64,000 nt of DNA, from the NCBI GenBank assembly GCA_964016885.1, contig OZ024740.1:123132001-123196000 (forward strand). The letters are read 5' to 3'. Origin of the DNA: Eledone cirrhosa (lineage: Eukaryota). The notes below the pieces were generated by a model. It searched no databases. It was not told the DNA's origin and was given only the letters and a program-made list of their open reading frames with translations. This document shows, piece by piece, positions 51,201-64,000 of this stretch; the first letter of the stretch is position 1, and each line of letters begins with the position of its first letter. Made by a program: the position numbers and the translations under genes.

Positions 51201-54200
51201 AGAGTTTATTGTTAACAACTGTTTCATCACCTTTGAGATGTTAGAAATAAGAGCAAAATATTAATAGCTATCAAGGTCACAGCGTCTACCTTTCTTATTT
51301 AAGCAATACTGAGATACATTATAGCATGTTTCCTACAGAGAAAGAAAGATTACGATTTTGGACAAAAATATGGTCTGGCCCAAGGGCAAACTGTTTGAGA
51401 GTAAGGGAAGGAGCTATATAATTGCCTTGTTGATGTGCTGTCTCATTTTATTGTTCCTTTCAATGGTTTAATCAGAACACCTGTGAATGATATATGAATG
51501 GAGGATATTATCTTCAAACTGGAGAACTGAAGAGATAATTGGAAGATGGTTTTGATAATTAAAGTGTTTCAGTTTCATTCTTCTTTATATATTTAGCATT
51601 ATTTTGTGAAACTCTGATGTTTTCTGGCAGTTTGGCTACATTTAATGAAGGATCTTTTATTGCCTAAAATAACATAAAAACTGCTATAAAATCTTTTGAT
51701 CAAATGTTTACAATGTTAACCACTCATTTATAATGCTTTAGCTGATACCATTTGTATTCCAACTGATTTTATAAGCTACTTAGCTTTACAACTGTCTATA
51801 CTTATAAGGATTTAATTAAAGCATCTATTTACTGCCAGTCTAGAATTAAATTCATGCTGGTATTGATAGTTATCTTAATCATGTCTGTTGAAATTCCATA
51901 ATTTTGAAATAAAAACATTCTTCAATTCCAGCTTTTTACCCCGTGCAGCAATATCTGATATTTTACACTCAATTTCAGTATTAAACATTTAATTAAAGTA
52001 AATGAAATTACACTATATACACCACTATATAGACAATTTTTCAAAATGTAATGAAGAATAATTGAAATAAAATAAAATAAGTAACATTGATAAGATTTCA
52101 AAATGAATCTTTAAATCATATGAAGTTATCCAAACTCTTAATACTGAGGAAAGCAATTGTATTGATAGAAATATACATTTTAATTAAAAACGTATGTTCA
52201 ATAATTTTATTGATTATTTTTAATGGTTTCAACCATCTATCTCCAAAAATATATATTCTATAGTCTACTTCAGAATAGAGCTTAAAATTGAAGACAATCA
52301 ACATCTTATTCTTGAAATATTGTGAAAAGAATAGTGTGTATGTGTGTGGCAGAGTGTATGAACTTCAAGTGAATTCTTAAAGAAATAACTATTCAATTAC
52401 TACGTTTGTTTGGTGGTTTTCTGACATAATTTAAAGTTGTTATCTCTGAAAAGGGTAAATCATATTTTCTTTACATTGTTACAGAACAATCATTCATGCC
52501 AGGAATACTTTTGAAGGTATGTAATCATTAAACGTTATATTATGTTTGATTTTAGTTTTCTCCCTCATTATCATCTTTTAGCTTCCCCTTTTACATGATG
52601 GCATATGCTGGAAGGGTTGTCACAGAACATATCAGCACTCAATTAGAGACACTGTCCTCAGAGACAGATCTGGCAGTCCATCTTGTTTACAAACTTTCTC
52701 ATACTTTACAGAGCATACAGTGTATATTCTTTACTGGTATTAGTATTAGAGATGTTGTAATGTCCTTTACATAATTGAAAGATCTTTTGCAACCTATGTT
52801 TAACAGGTTTTCTAAACATAACACCATTCACTTTATCATGGCATCAGCTATAGGGGGATTGTTGTGCCCTTGACAAAAACTGAATGCCCACCACTTTACA
52901 GAGTGTAGTGATTCCATATATATAATCACAACTAGCTTTGCTTGAAGTTAACTATTGTATGAAAGTAAACAACTGAATGCTTAAGACCAGTTTATAGGTC
53001 TGTCAGTAGGCAGATGTAATGGTTTGTGTGTCATTTAAACTATAGTAATTCTATTTTTGTTTGGAATAAGCTGCCTTCATATTTACATCTTAAATAATAT
53101 GTTTTCTCTTATAATATTTTACAATAATCCAAATATTGTTGATAACACAGGCACAGGAAACATTGTGGGCTACTAATTTATTATGTGTAAAGAGCCCAGA
53201 AGCTGATATTTTTCTCATTCAGATGTTATATTCATTGGTTTCTCATTCAAATTGTATATATGTAGGTATATACATAAGCATATATGTATTTATATATATG
53301 TGCTTGTATGTATGCATGTATGTGTGTGCAGAGATATGGAAAGGCTTGGTTTGTTGCACAAGAGCAAGGTTAGTCCACAGAGATTGAGAGACCCTTAGTA
53401 CTTGTTAGGACATCAAACCAAGATACAGCCATTACATACGTGTGTATGCATTCATGTATGTCTGTATGTATGTAAGTGTATGTGTGTGTGTGTATGTGTG
53501 TGTGTGTATGTATGAAGGCAAGTGAATTTATATAAGTATGAATGTAGATATGTTAAATGGGATTTGTATTCCTTACACAATTTTTGACATTAAAGCAGAT
53601 ATTTTCAAAGGATCCTAATAATATCAATAAGGATATTAATTGCAATTATCTTCTAGGAAATGTCAAATTATATGGCATTACAATTAGATCCAGGGTGAAA
53701 AAATATAACAAATGACATATGAAATGTGCTTTATTTAAATGTTACATGAAGATAACAAATAAATAATTCATAGTAAATATTTATACAGCACAAGAAAAGT
53801 TCTTTCATAATCATAATAATCTGGTGGCCTGAAAGACTAAATGTTATTGAAAACACAAATATTAAGCCAGTTAAAAGTACTTCTAAAATTGCTGAAATCA
53901 AACAGCCTCAACCCATTTTTGAGAGAGTACAGTTTTGAGGTATAAGCACTGTTGCTAGTAACCAAGGGGACCAATGCTAATCTATATATGCTGTTGTTGT
54001 CTGTGAAGGGACTCAGTGAATTGGTGGCCTATAATGCTTTTTTAAGTCAGCCCTGATATTAGAGTTAGATGATAGGTATACTGCAAAACTGGCTTGTTAC
54101 TTTTATCTCATATATGCATTTAACTGTCTTGAAAATTTGAAATTGCTCTATATCATCATCATTTTCACCAGCACCATCATTTTATGCCTGTTGTTTATGC

Positions 54201-54534
54201 TGGTATGGGTTGGACAGGTTGTCATTGTCTAAGACTAGACAGTTTGGACTACCACATTCTGCTCATACATTCTATTCTTGGTATAGTTTCTTCAGTAGGA
54301 TTTCCTTCATAACACCAACTACCTTGCAGAGTGTACTGAATACATTTTATTGTTAGACCCGCATTACCATTTTACAGAGTATACTGGATGTATTTATAAT
54401 GCACATCTATGTTAAATGTGATGTGTTTTTTGAATATTTTTCCGTGAAGCATATTTTTGAAATCTCACAAATCTACATGTGTGACTAGTGATATCTGATA
54501 TAATATTTAGTTATTTATTAATTAATTTTGTTAA

Positions 54535-54783
54535 CCCTTTCATTACTATATTTCTAATGAAATTTACTGCCTATGATTTTCAAGTTATTTTGAAAATAAT
54601 CAAGAATTTGGAAGTATTTAGTAAAATAATTTTCTCATTATTTAGATGGTGTTTGATACAATAACATAACAAAATTACGTATATAAATTTATGAAGAAAG
54701 GATTTTAGATAAATATATTTAAAAAAAAATAGTTTTGTGTTGTGGAAGCAATCATACTTTCAGATTTGTTGTTATCACAATGG
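54535..54783. mobile_element. piggyBac-type MITE, copy 2
   Basis: TTAA-CCCTTTCATTAC ... TATCACAATGG-TTAA; homologous to the copy at 21908. Confidence 0.6.
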
Positions 54784-55199
54784 TTAATTTTCTGTCGAAA
54801 GCGAAATTAATTAATGTTTCATGAAATGTGATATTTTTGAAACGTTTCACCAGTAAGAAAAGTCTAGAAACCTTTTACATTATCTACACATTTAACTGTT
54901 TTCAGAGACAAAAATAGCATATCACAAGAAATGATTTAAATATATTTATGGTCTAGGATATTTTTAGAAAATAGCTAGTAGAAAAGAGCTAGTAGGCTCT
55001 GGTAATAAGAAAAATCTTCACTGTAGTTATTCAATGCTGAAAAATAAAACTTTAAAGATAAAATGATACAAATATTTCATAACAGGTAATTCATGATATG
55101 AATGATTTTTGTGTTTAAGATTTACATAAAACTGGACTGTATGCATGCACACATGTATGCACATGCCATACACACACACACAGACACACTTTATGGATA

Positions 55200-55810
55200 G
55201 GGCAGAGAGTCAGCGAGCATTGGTACAGGCATGTGCTAGCAAACACATATGGTATACCGGATAGAATGCAACAAATGTAAGGAGTTCTACAGTGTGTAGC
55301 ACAACTTGAGTACTCCACACTCGCATTAAAGAACACATTGACAAATGTAGAAACATCAACCAACATATTACCATTACTATTAAAGCCAGTGGTAGAAATG
55401 TGGGCAAATTAAGAATTAAGGAAGCCTGGCTCATATGTAGACTGAACCCGCAAATAAATATTAAATTAGAACTTAGCACACAGTACTTGATATAAAAAGA
55501 CACACCCACAGGCACACTAACTAAACATCTCATACAAAAAAGAAAGGGAAGAAACCATAAATAAAAGCTTGAAAACAACTTAGAAAAAATTCAATTCATA
55601 ATCAAAATTTTATCCCAAAGAGAGGAAATTTGAAGGTTATGCACTGAAGGTTCCTTAAACCATGATGTAAGGACTTTTAGGTCCCGAAATATAAGACAAA
55701 TAAAAGACGACAATAAGAACAACAAAGATTACCAGGTAACTTTTAATTTTTATAACGTCATCTTACAGTCCATTTTACATTGCGTAGCTCTCTATCGCTT
55801 TCGACGTTAT
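55200..55810 (+). mobile_element. Penelope-like element 3' remnant: GIY-YIG endonuclease plus 3' region with a degenerate hammerhead
   Basis: MVYRIECNKCKEFY..STT*VLHTRIKEH and KLRIKEAWLICRLNPQINIKLE (55248-55475); catgatgtaa-ggac(ttttag)gtcc-cGAAAtata at 55661-55693; ends near tatatat. Confidence 0.8.
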
Positions 55811-55814
55811 ATAT

Positions 55815-56018
55815 CATCATCATCATCATCATCATCACCGTTTTACGTCCGTTCTTCCATGTTAGCATGGGTTAGACGGGTTGTGCTGTTGTGGGCCGTG
55901 TCTGGTCGGCTGACCATGCCTTGCTCATACAGGAACTGATTTTGGTTTGGTTTCTACAGCTGGATGCCCTTCCTAACACCAACCTCATTTACAGTGAGTG
56001 CTGGCTGCTTTTTCCGTG
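55815..56018 (-). mobile_element. RTE-tail short element
   Basis: (CAT)n followed by the reverse complement of the SINE family 2 / RTE tail. Confidence 0.75.
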
Positions 56019-56074
56019 ATTAAAATAACAGATTAAAGTTAACGCAAAGACTCACTGCTTTCACCCTTAACGGG

Positions 56075-56130
<56 letters not shown>

Positions 56131-56244
56131 TAATAAAAACAATGAAATAAAAACAAAGAACAAGTTCCTTATATTGAAAAAATCATCATTTTAGATTTAT
56201 CTACATATATATATATATATATGTATATATTTATATATATATAT

Positions 56245-56895
56245 ATCATCATCATCATCATCAACGTTTAACGTCCGTGTTCCACGCTTGCATGGGTTTG
56301 GACGGGGGTTTTCCCACTTGAGGCAAGAGTGATTGTCTTGCTCGCATAGGACTGTCTGGCAGGTTTTCTACAGTTGGATGCCCTTCCTAACACCAACCAC
56401 ATTTACAGTGTGGGTCTGGGAGGTTTTTACCGTGTTGCCTACACGGCCACATTACAGCGTGGACTGTGTGTTTTTTTGTCGTCACACCTACACGATCTCA
56501 TTTGTTTCGGCCTGGATGGTGTGGCACCAACATAACTTTACATAGAAGGGGGCGGTGTGGATGGGGTGGGGGTGGTGGGACGGGGGTGTATTTTGTTAGA
56601 GATGCCTACTGACTGTTGTAGGTTTTACTTTGTATTTAAATAAGGCGGGTCTTCTCTATTACTGAGTACCGCCAAAGGTCTCGGTCCAGTGACATTGTCT
56701 TGGTGAGGTGTAAGTGTGTGAGGTCGGAGTTTATCAGCTCGTCCCAGGTTTTTCTGGGTCTGCCTATTCCGTGGCTACCGTCTATCTTTATTGCCCTGCA
56801 CATTGTTATACAGCTATCGTCCTTCATGCACATCACGTGACCATACCAACGTAGCCTTCTCTCTAGTAAACAACATCTGATCGCTCTTATTTCTA

Positions 56896-56902
<7 letters not shown>
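56245..56902 (-). mobile_element. Young 5'-truncated RTE copy with (TA)n on both sides
   Basis: Nearly identical to the reverse complement of about 27713-28349. Confidence 0.93.
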
Positions 56903-56940
<38 letters not shown>

Positions 56941-56944
<4 letters not shown>

Positions 56945-57756
56945 GGAAAAAATGAAACGATATTTCATTTCCCACTCTTAGTACGGCTGTTACTTAAATA
57001 TAAGTATGTACACGTACATACATATATGTATACCGACGTACAGTAGTATGTATATATATATATATATACATACATGCACACATATATATATGCACGTATG
57101 GATTCACCGAACATTTATTATAATGCTCGGTGTGTTTGTAAACAAACATCCCGTATTAAGCCGTAGTGTCTAGCAACCACCGTTGCTCGTTTTTTCAACA
57201 CTGACAAAGGAACGCTGTACTAGTTTCAAGCTTGTTAGCTATCGTCAGCAACGTATACCTTCCTGCCAGATTGTTGAACGTATATACTTACCTTATGCAT
57301 ATTAACGGCTGAGTAGCCCAATTTGCATATCGAGTGGGTTAATCGGCCGGGTGCACCGAAAACGATAAACGGAAAAAATGAAACGATATTTCTTTTCCCA
57401 CTCTTAGTACGGCTGTTACTTAAATATAAGTATGTACACAAGTATGTACACGATAGCTAACAAGTTTGAAACTAGTACAGCGTTCCTTTGTCAGTGTTGA
57501 ACAAACGAGCAACGGTGGTTGCTAGACACTACGGCTTAATACGGGATGTTTGTTTACAAACACACCGGCATTATAATAAATGTTCGGTGAATCCATACGT
57601 GCATATATATATGTGTGCATGTATGTATATATATATATACATACTACTGTACGTCGGTATACATATATGTATGTACGTGTACATACTTATATTTAAGTAA
57701 CAGCCGTACTAAGAGTGGGAAATGAAATATCGTTTCATTTTTTCCGTTTATCGTTT
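56941..57756 (-). mobile_element. Retrozyme-like / Penelope-type non-coding element: 426-bp unit, partial tandem copy and inverted arm
   Basis: 56941-57012 is repeated at 57367-57439; 57450-57749 is the reverse complement of 56941-57245; it contains a hammerhead and abuts (TA)n. Confidence 0.8.
57212..57254 (-). ncRNA. Minimal type-I hammerhead ribozyme with intact core
   Basis: acgttg-CTGACGA-t-agct(aaca)agct-t-GAAAC-ta-GTA-cagcgt: 6-bp stem I (one G-U), 4-bp stem II, palindromic ACTAGT stem III, GUA cleavage triplet. Confidence 0.82.
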
Positions 57757-57759
57757 CCG

Positions 57760-58367
57760 TTTATACGAAAATAACCCATATGAACAAAACACGGAGTATA
57801 ATTTCACATAACGTGATGACACATAGTCCTAACATAAACACTAATAAGAATAAAATTAATAAAACTAAGAATCATTTTAAACAGCGAGGGAATAATAATG
57901 GAGATAATGAATGGGTGAATGAACACTCATCTACTGAATATAGTAACAAAACCACAAACAAAACATATAGAAGAGTGTATAAGTACAAATGAAACTGTAA
58001 ATGTAAATGGATATGGCGAGGTAGGGTCGGAAAGTGCTATACTACGGAGGTAGGAGCTAAATAACGATGGAGTTGTGGTAAGGAACCAGATGGACCATAA
58101 CGCACAAGAGTACTCAATACTTAGGATAGTAGAGTGGGTAATAGGAAAAAGTATGACCCCGTGACCCTACCACGCCAAATCCTGACATTTCCACCCAGCT
58201 CAAGTTTCTTTACCCGCACCATGTGATTTAGTCCAGAGATAGCCGTCGAAACGGCTTGAGCTCTGCTGTCGGGGTCATACTTTTTCCTATTACCCACTCT
58301 ACTACCCTAAGTGTTGAGTACTCTGGTGCGTTATGATCCATCTGGTTCTTTACCACAACTCCTTCGT

Positions 58368-58370
<3 letters not shown>
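57760..58370. mobile_element. Family Y element with inverted arms
   Basis: 58061-58161 pairs with 58270-58370, and 58008-58028 pairs with 58163-58182; ends at (TA)n. Confidence 0.75.
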
Positions 58371-58392
<22 letters not shown>

Positions 58393-58400
<8 letters not shown>

Positions 58401-58621
58401 TAAAATAACAGATTAAAGTTTAAGCAAAGAATCGCTGCATTCACCTTAACGGGATCTTCTGAGTTTCAGAAGATCCCATTAAGGTGAAAGCAGCGATTCT
58501 TTGCTTAAACTTTAATCTGTTATTTTAATAAATATTTGCTCTACAGTTCTTATATATTTGATACATATTTATCCTTATCGAGCCCTCTTTGGATTTTAGT
58601 CTTCTAATTTATTATTATTAC
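58393..58621 (+). mobile_element. Fold-back element family X: hairpin (58393-58535) plus 3' tail, between (TA)n tracts
   Basis: Arms of about 70 bp around a 3-nt loop (58463-58465); the tail's reverse complement matches 41623-41690 and 43393-43470. Confidence 0.85.
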
Positions 58622-59313
58622 TATATATATATATATATATATAGATATATATATATATATACATGCATATACATACATACAGTCTAACATATAAATACCC
58701 TCATACTCAAACATGCTTATATACATGTATGCAGGTGTATATATATAAGTGTGTGTGCATGATAAGGAGAAAGCAAGTGGCAAAGAGATAAAAATAAAGA
58801 AGATGATTAAACACAACTTATGATCAAAGAAACCATTAAGAAACAACATAACATAATTAGATCCTAATTTTAAACAAATATATATGAAAAATAACTGCAT
58901 AAGCAAATAAACCACCAAATAAATCAAATATTTTTTCACAAGCCACTTGTGTAAAAATAAAAAAGGTAATACAAAGAAGTTTCTGTGAACAACTTCTCTC
59001 CTATAATTGATAGTTACATGAGTGATTTTGTTTGATGTTTCAAGTGGAGGATTTTGGTAGAAGGTTTAACATGTTAACTGCAGCGACTATTGTTTTTTAT
59101 TACACAGTTGGATTAGCACATATTGTAATGCACGGCTGACTTTGTAGTTTATAATTCTGTTGGTGGAAAGTAGAGAGTGAGCATATAATAGAGACAGCTA
59201 TAATGGTGTTAAAGACAGAGCCAATGATGGATAACGTATGAAATACACCAAGCAAAAGATGTAAATATTTAACATTTTAAATGTGTTTGTGTGTGTGTTT
59301 ACATATGTGAATC

Positions 59314-59317
<4 letters not shown>

Positions 59318-59396
<79 letters not shown>
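59318..59396. repeat. (GA)n microsatellite
   Basis: Seen directly. Confidence 0.97.
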
Positions 59397-59398
<2 letters not shown>

Positions 59399-59818
59399 GC
59401 ATCACACCCAGAGCAGTTAAGCCTTTAATAATCACCCTGCTCAAACATTTTTAACTTAAATTTTTCTTATTACATGGCAAATAAAAATACATTTTAGTAG
59501 TCAAAACCATTTGTATTTAAGTTGAAAGTTAATTATGTCACTAAACAATTAAAACACAATGATGACATATACTTGTTCGAAATATGGTTACAAAATTGAT
59601 CAATGATAAATATTTTGGTGGTCGGAAAATATTGTCTATGTATAGTAGTATGTCAACCAAAACATCTAAGTATAACACTTCTCTATAACTACAAGATTGT
59701 GTATTTTCTTTTCAAAATTGTTTTGGATAGCAAGAGTTATGAGTCAGACAACATGTCATTCTCTCAGATGCAATTGGTTGTATTTTAATTTCTATTAGAA
59801 ATGTTTTTGTATTTATTA

Positions 59819-60300
59819 CTGTATATACACCTATATAAGCCAACCCATGTTGTATGTCTGATGAGAAATAAGCAAAAATGTAAACACCACTTATAAGTCG
59901 GGAGAGGTAATCAACTCATTATGTTTAGAAGTTGCATTTTGAAATTCTCACGAGTGGAAAATATATTTGTCAAATTTTGATATTTTGATATTAAAATGTT
60001 TTAAGTATCATTTAGAGAATAGATTTTGTTTCACAACTCCATTACATAATGATTTGTTTACCAATTTACGATGGTTTTGAAGGTCATATTAATTAAAAAC
60101 AATCAGAAATACAAATTTCACAACAAAAATCAAGCCGGTGTAATATTTACCATCATAACTAAAATAGTTTGGCATCTCATTCACATAGAATATTGAAATT
60201 GGTGAAAATCAGTAAAACAGTAAAATCGAATATAAATTCACTTATGTTTGATATCGATATATTTAATCACATATTTCATGGCTTATATACATATATATGG
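59819..60300. mobile_element. Diverged pogo/Tc2-like MITE
   Basis: ta-ctgtatatacacctatataagcc ... ggcttatatacatatatatgg; ends resemble those of 40416-41087. Confidence 0.45.
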
Positions 60301-60562
60301 TGTAAGAATGAGCAACAAAGTGTATGAGGAATTTTGTAGTGATAAATCATTGAAAAGTATTTTGTTGGTAGGGATAATTAGAGTTGATATCTTGTTAAAT
60401 TAATAGTATATATAAATGTAATTCACTATGAAATATAGTGTCCAATATATAAGCCTTCTCTAAATTTCAAGGTTATCTTATCATAGTAGCATATGGTCAC
60501 CATCTCTCAAAAATTCTCCATATCAATTAGTAGCTTCTATTGGGTTCATAGAAATTTCAATT

Positions 60563-61030
60563 ATAATAATAATGAAATTATTGTATAGAGTGCTCAGGTG
60601 CACTACAACTCATCAAAGGTACATAGAATAATATACAAATGTCAGGGAAATGTGTATGGAGGGGGAATATTAGGTGTAGTGTTGGCGAATCTCAGGAAGC
60701 ATGGAGGTTTTAAAGGATGCAGTGTCTCGACAGCTAACAACTGATGCAGAGAGTTTGTTTCATGCTTCTGCAAATCTGAGCATGAAAAGATGTTTCCAAA
60801 AGTCATGGGAGCTGTGCTGTTTTCGGACTTTGTTGGCATGTCCACTTGTGTTAGACACAAGAAAATCAAAAAATTACTCAGGGTTTTTGTAGGCAAGATG
60901 GTTAATAATGTTGTGGGTGTTTACCAAGTCAGTTGCCAGACGTCGGCGCTTCAATGTATCCATGCCACGGGAAATAAGGCGTTCAGAGAAATTTTGTGGA
61001 AGTTTGGTTATAAACATATCTGAAGGACAT
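60563..61030 (-). mobile_element. CR1-like LINE 3' end with (ATT)n tail
   Basis: MDTLKRRRLATDLVNTHNIINHL and a degenerate HLFMLRFAEA*NKLSASVVSCRDTASFK C-terminus. Confidence 0.75.
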
Positions 61031-61219
61031 GTAGTATATAGAGTCATCATCATCATCATCATCATAGTTCATTTCTTTCTTCTGCTGCCATAAAGTAAAT
61101 GTTTTTTTTAAAGACCAATTCAATACTTAATTGGCATTACTGTACTTACTATCTTCAATTTGATATTCATACAAACCCTTGCCTATGGTCATGACTGTTA
61201 GGTAATGACTGAATGAATA

Positions 61220-61570
61220 CGATCACAAATGCAAGTGGCTGAAATGGAGTTCCTCTGAAGAGTCTTTGAAGTAATGTTACTTGACAGTGTGTGTAGCTCA
61301 GAGATCACAGAGTCACTTCCGGTAGAGATACCAGCTCCGGTATTTAGGCCCTGTGTTTACATTGCCACAGAAAAGAAATTCTGGACCTATTTTATGGGCA
61401 AAGTCATCCAGCAGGAGACCCAGGAGTAGACCCGAGGCAAGATGGTTAGATAAAATCCATGAGCTTGGCTGACCTGCTTGGGGATTCAGCTGGATCAGTT
61501 GCTTCTGACAGTGCCTGCGGGAAGGATTGTTTACGGACTCTACTTCCATGACCCTCTCAGGGATAAGTGA
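61220..61570 (+). mobile_element. Decayed RTE (Expander-like) 3' coding end
   Basis: YQLRYLGPV and RRPRSRPEARWLDKI peptides. Confidence 0.5.
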
Positions 61571-62021
61571 GAGAAGAAGAAGATAATTACCTCTACCAAA
61601 TAGTTTCAATTAAGCCAAACTAATTATTCTAGTTTCATAGAAATTGCCAGTTAACAGTTAATTATAATGGAATTTCAGGCTGACAAAATCTCATAAAACA
61701 AACACAGAAAATAAAAAAAAACTACTCCAGAATTAGACATGAGACAAACTGAGAGTTAGCCAGTGTGTGGGTGGGAGCAGAAAACTGTTATAATAATACA
61801 GTAGTAGAATCATATATGCTGGCAGAGTAAATCCAAATAAAAATAATAAATCATAATTATTATAGAGAGATATGAATATGTATATATGAGTGTGTGTGTG
61901 TCTGTGTGTGAAAAATAATTATGATTTATTATTTTTCTTTGCATTTAAACTCTTCCAACATATATGATTCTCCTACTGTATTATTATAACAGTTTTCTGC
62001 CCCCACCCACACACTGGCTTA

Positions 62022-62587
<566 letters not shown>

Positions 62588-62930
62588 ACATTTTCGTTCT
62601 ACATGGTTGAATGCAATAAATGTAATATTCGAAACATACGGTATATTGCCAAACATACTATGCATACATTAATGTATACATCGCTATTTCAGCGCTTCAT
62701 TCCTAATACTTATTTTTTGCTGGCACGGCAATCGGTCTGTATAATCAACTCCTGTTTATTACTGAAATTCTATAAGATTCCAGCTTCTATAATTTTTGGT
62801 GGAAGGGGGCAGTACGTAGCTCTGATGATTGCCAAACAGCATTCTCTGCCTTTTTTCGCCGAAAAGAAGTAAGTGACATAGACACTACTTTAAAAATGAT
62901 ACCATAAGGTCTTCAAAATGTTTTTAATAT

Positions 62931-63090
62931 ATCATCATCGTCGTTTAACGTCTATCTTCCACGCTAGCATGGGTTTAGACAGGAATTTGCCCACTTGAGG
63001 CAAGATTGGTTGTCTTGCTCGTATAGGACTATCTGGCAGGTTTCCTACGACTGGGTGCCCTTCCTAACACCAACCACGTTTACAGTGTGG
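62931..63090 (-). mobile_element. RTE 3'-end fragment with short TA runs on both sides
   Basis: Reverse complement of the RTE 3' UTR (ccacttgaggcaag, ggactatctggcagg). Confidence 0.8.
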
Positions 63091-63442
63091 ATATATACTG
63101 TATATATATTAATAAAATTTGAGTATTCTCATCACAGAAGGTAGCTGTTACCAGCTGTATACTACTTGCATAGTAACATTTTTTTAATTTTTGTAAAGAT
63201 ATAACCATAAATCGAATGGAGAGTGTGGAAGAGAGAGGGAGAAAGAGAAGAGAAAAGAGGGGCTTAAAGGGAGAGAGAGGAGAGGAGGAGGCGAGAGAAA
63301 ATTGTGGACTAGAGCGATGGAGAGATGATAGAAAGATGGAGTGAAAGATTATCAAGAATAAGGTACTTGACGTTATTTGGATCGTCAATCCCCTATCGAT
63401 ATTCTGCGATATAATTTTGCAACATAGTTTCACTCGAAAATG

Positions 63443-63508
<66 letters not shown>
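63443..63508. repeat. (TA)n microsatellite
   Basis: Seen directly. Confidence 0.95.
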
Positions 63509-63509
<1 letters not shown>

Positions 63510-64000
63510 CTAAAAATTGATTAACATATAAATATACATGAATAATCACAGGAGATCATTTTTGCTCGCGTGTAACCACGCATAGTTAGTATAGGTAATA
63601 TTTACCTTTAAGAGTGATTAACCTTCCTTGTATATATCCCATTAAAGAAATATATTTCACCAATTAATCAGATGGTAAGTAATATGCTCGGATTTATCTT
63701 TGAGCTTAATTTCCAAGATATATGGCGCATGCATTATGACATGATACCCATAATTTCGATCTAGATTAAATTCATTTAATTTATTTTATCTTAATTTTGG
63801 ATTTAGATATATATATACGGCTCCTTAATTGTAGAGCTATTTCTGTTGAAGAGAATTTGTCTGCTATTTCTAGTTGTCGAATACCCATTCTCGCCACTGA
63901 AACGAAACCGCTATCTTGTGTAGACACAACACGTGGTAACGGCTAGTTGAAGATTTGAACTCATTCTGTAAGGACGAATAGCTGGACATTATTACACTTT

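Noticed and set aside
54905-55085. Segment bounded by a ttttcag acceptor and cag|gtaatt donor
   Set aside because: Stops occur in all three frames, so it cannot be supported as a coding exon.
57284-57293. ATACTTACCT matching the U1 snRNA 5' end
   Set aside because: No further U1 sequence follows; it is better read as a 5' splice-site-like motif on the minus strand.

Overview
AT-rich eukaryotic (metazoan) DNA dominated by repeats; the SINE/LINE repertoire suggests a cephalopod such as octopus (inference). No intact host gene can be demonstrated. Non-LTR retrotransposons: three Tx1/L1-clade copies, two R4/Dong-type fragments, a CRE-like fragment, a CR1 3' end, decayed Expander-type RTEs, and an RTE family with one long open ORF (25598-27991) that carries a C4HC3 PHD finger inside its reverse transcriptase. 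Other mobile DNA: a complete but decayed hAT transposon with 15-bp TIRs and an 8-bp TSD, several MITEs, two tRNA-headed SINE families and a Penelope-type GIY-YIG remnant. A heavily decayed integrin-alpha-like pseudogene probably lies on the minus strand at about 13.4-20.6 kb. The most unusual signal is a set of short non-coding elements embedded in (TA)n tracts that carry type-I hammerhead ribozyme motifs and fold-back or tandem architecture. The best examples are a 426-bp-period retrozyme-like unit (56941-57756) and a 407-bp near-perfect palindrome with a hammerhead on each strand (41704-42110). A second signal is microsatellite-specific targeting: (TA)n for the RTE, Penelope-like and CRE elements, and ATTATT/(TAA)n for Tx1, Dong and one SINE family whose 3' tail resembles the Tx1 3' end. 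All calls come from reading the sequence by eye; no searches or folding programs were run.
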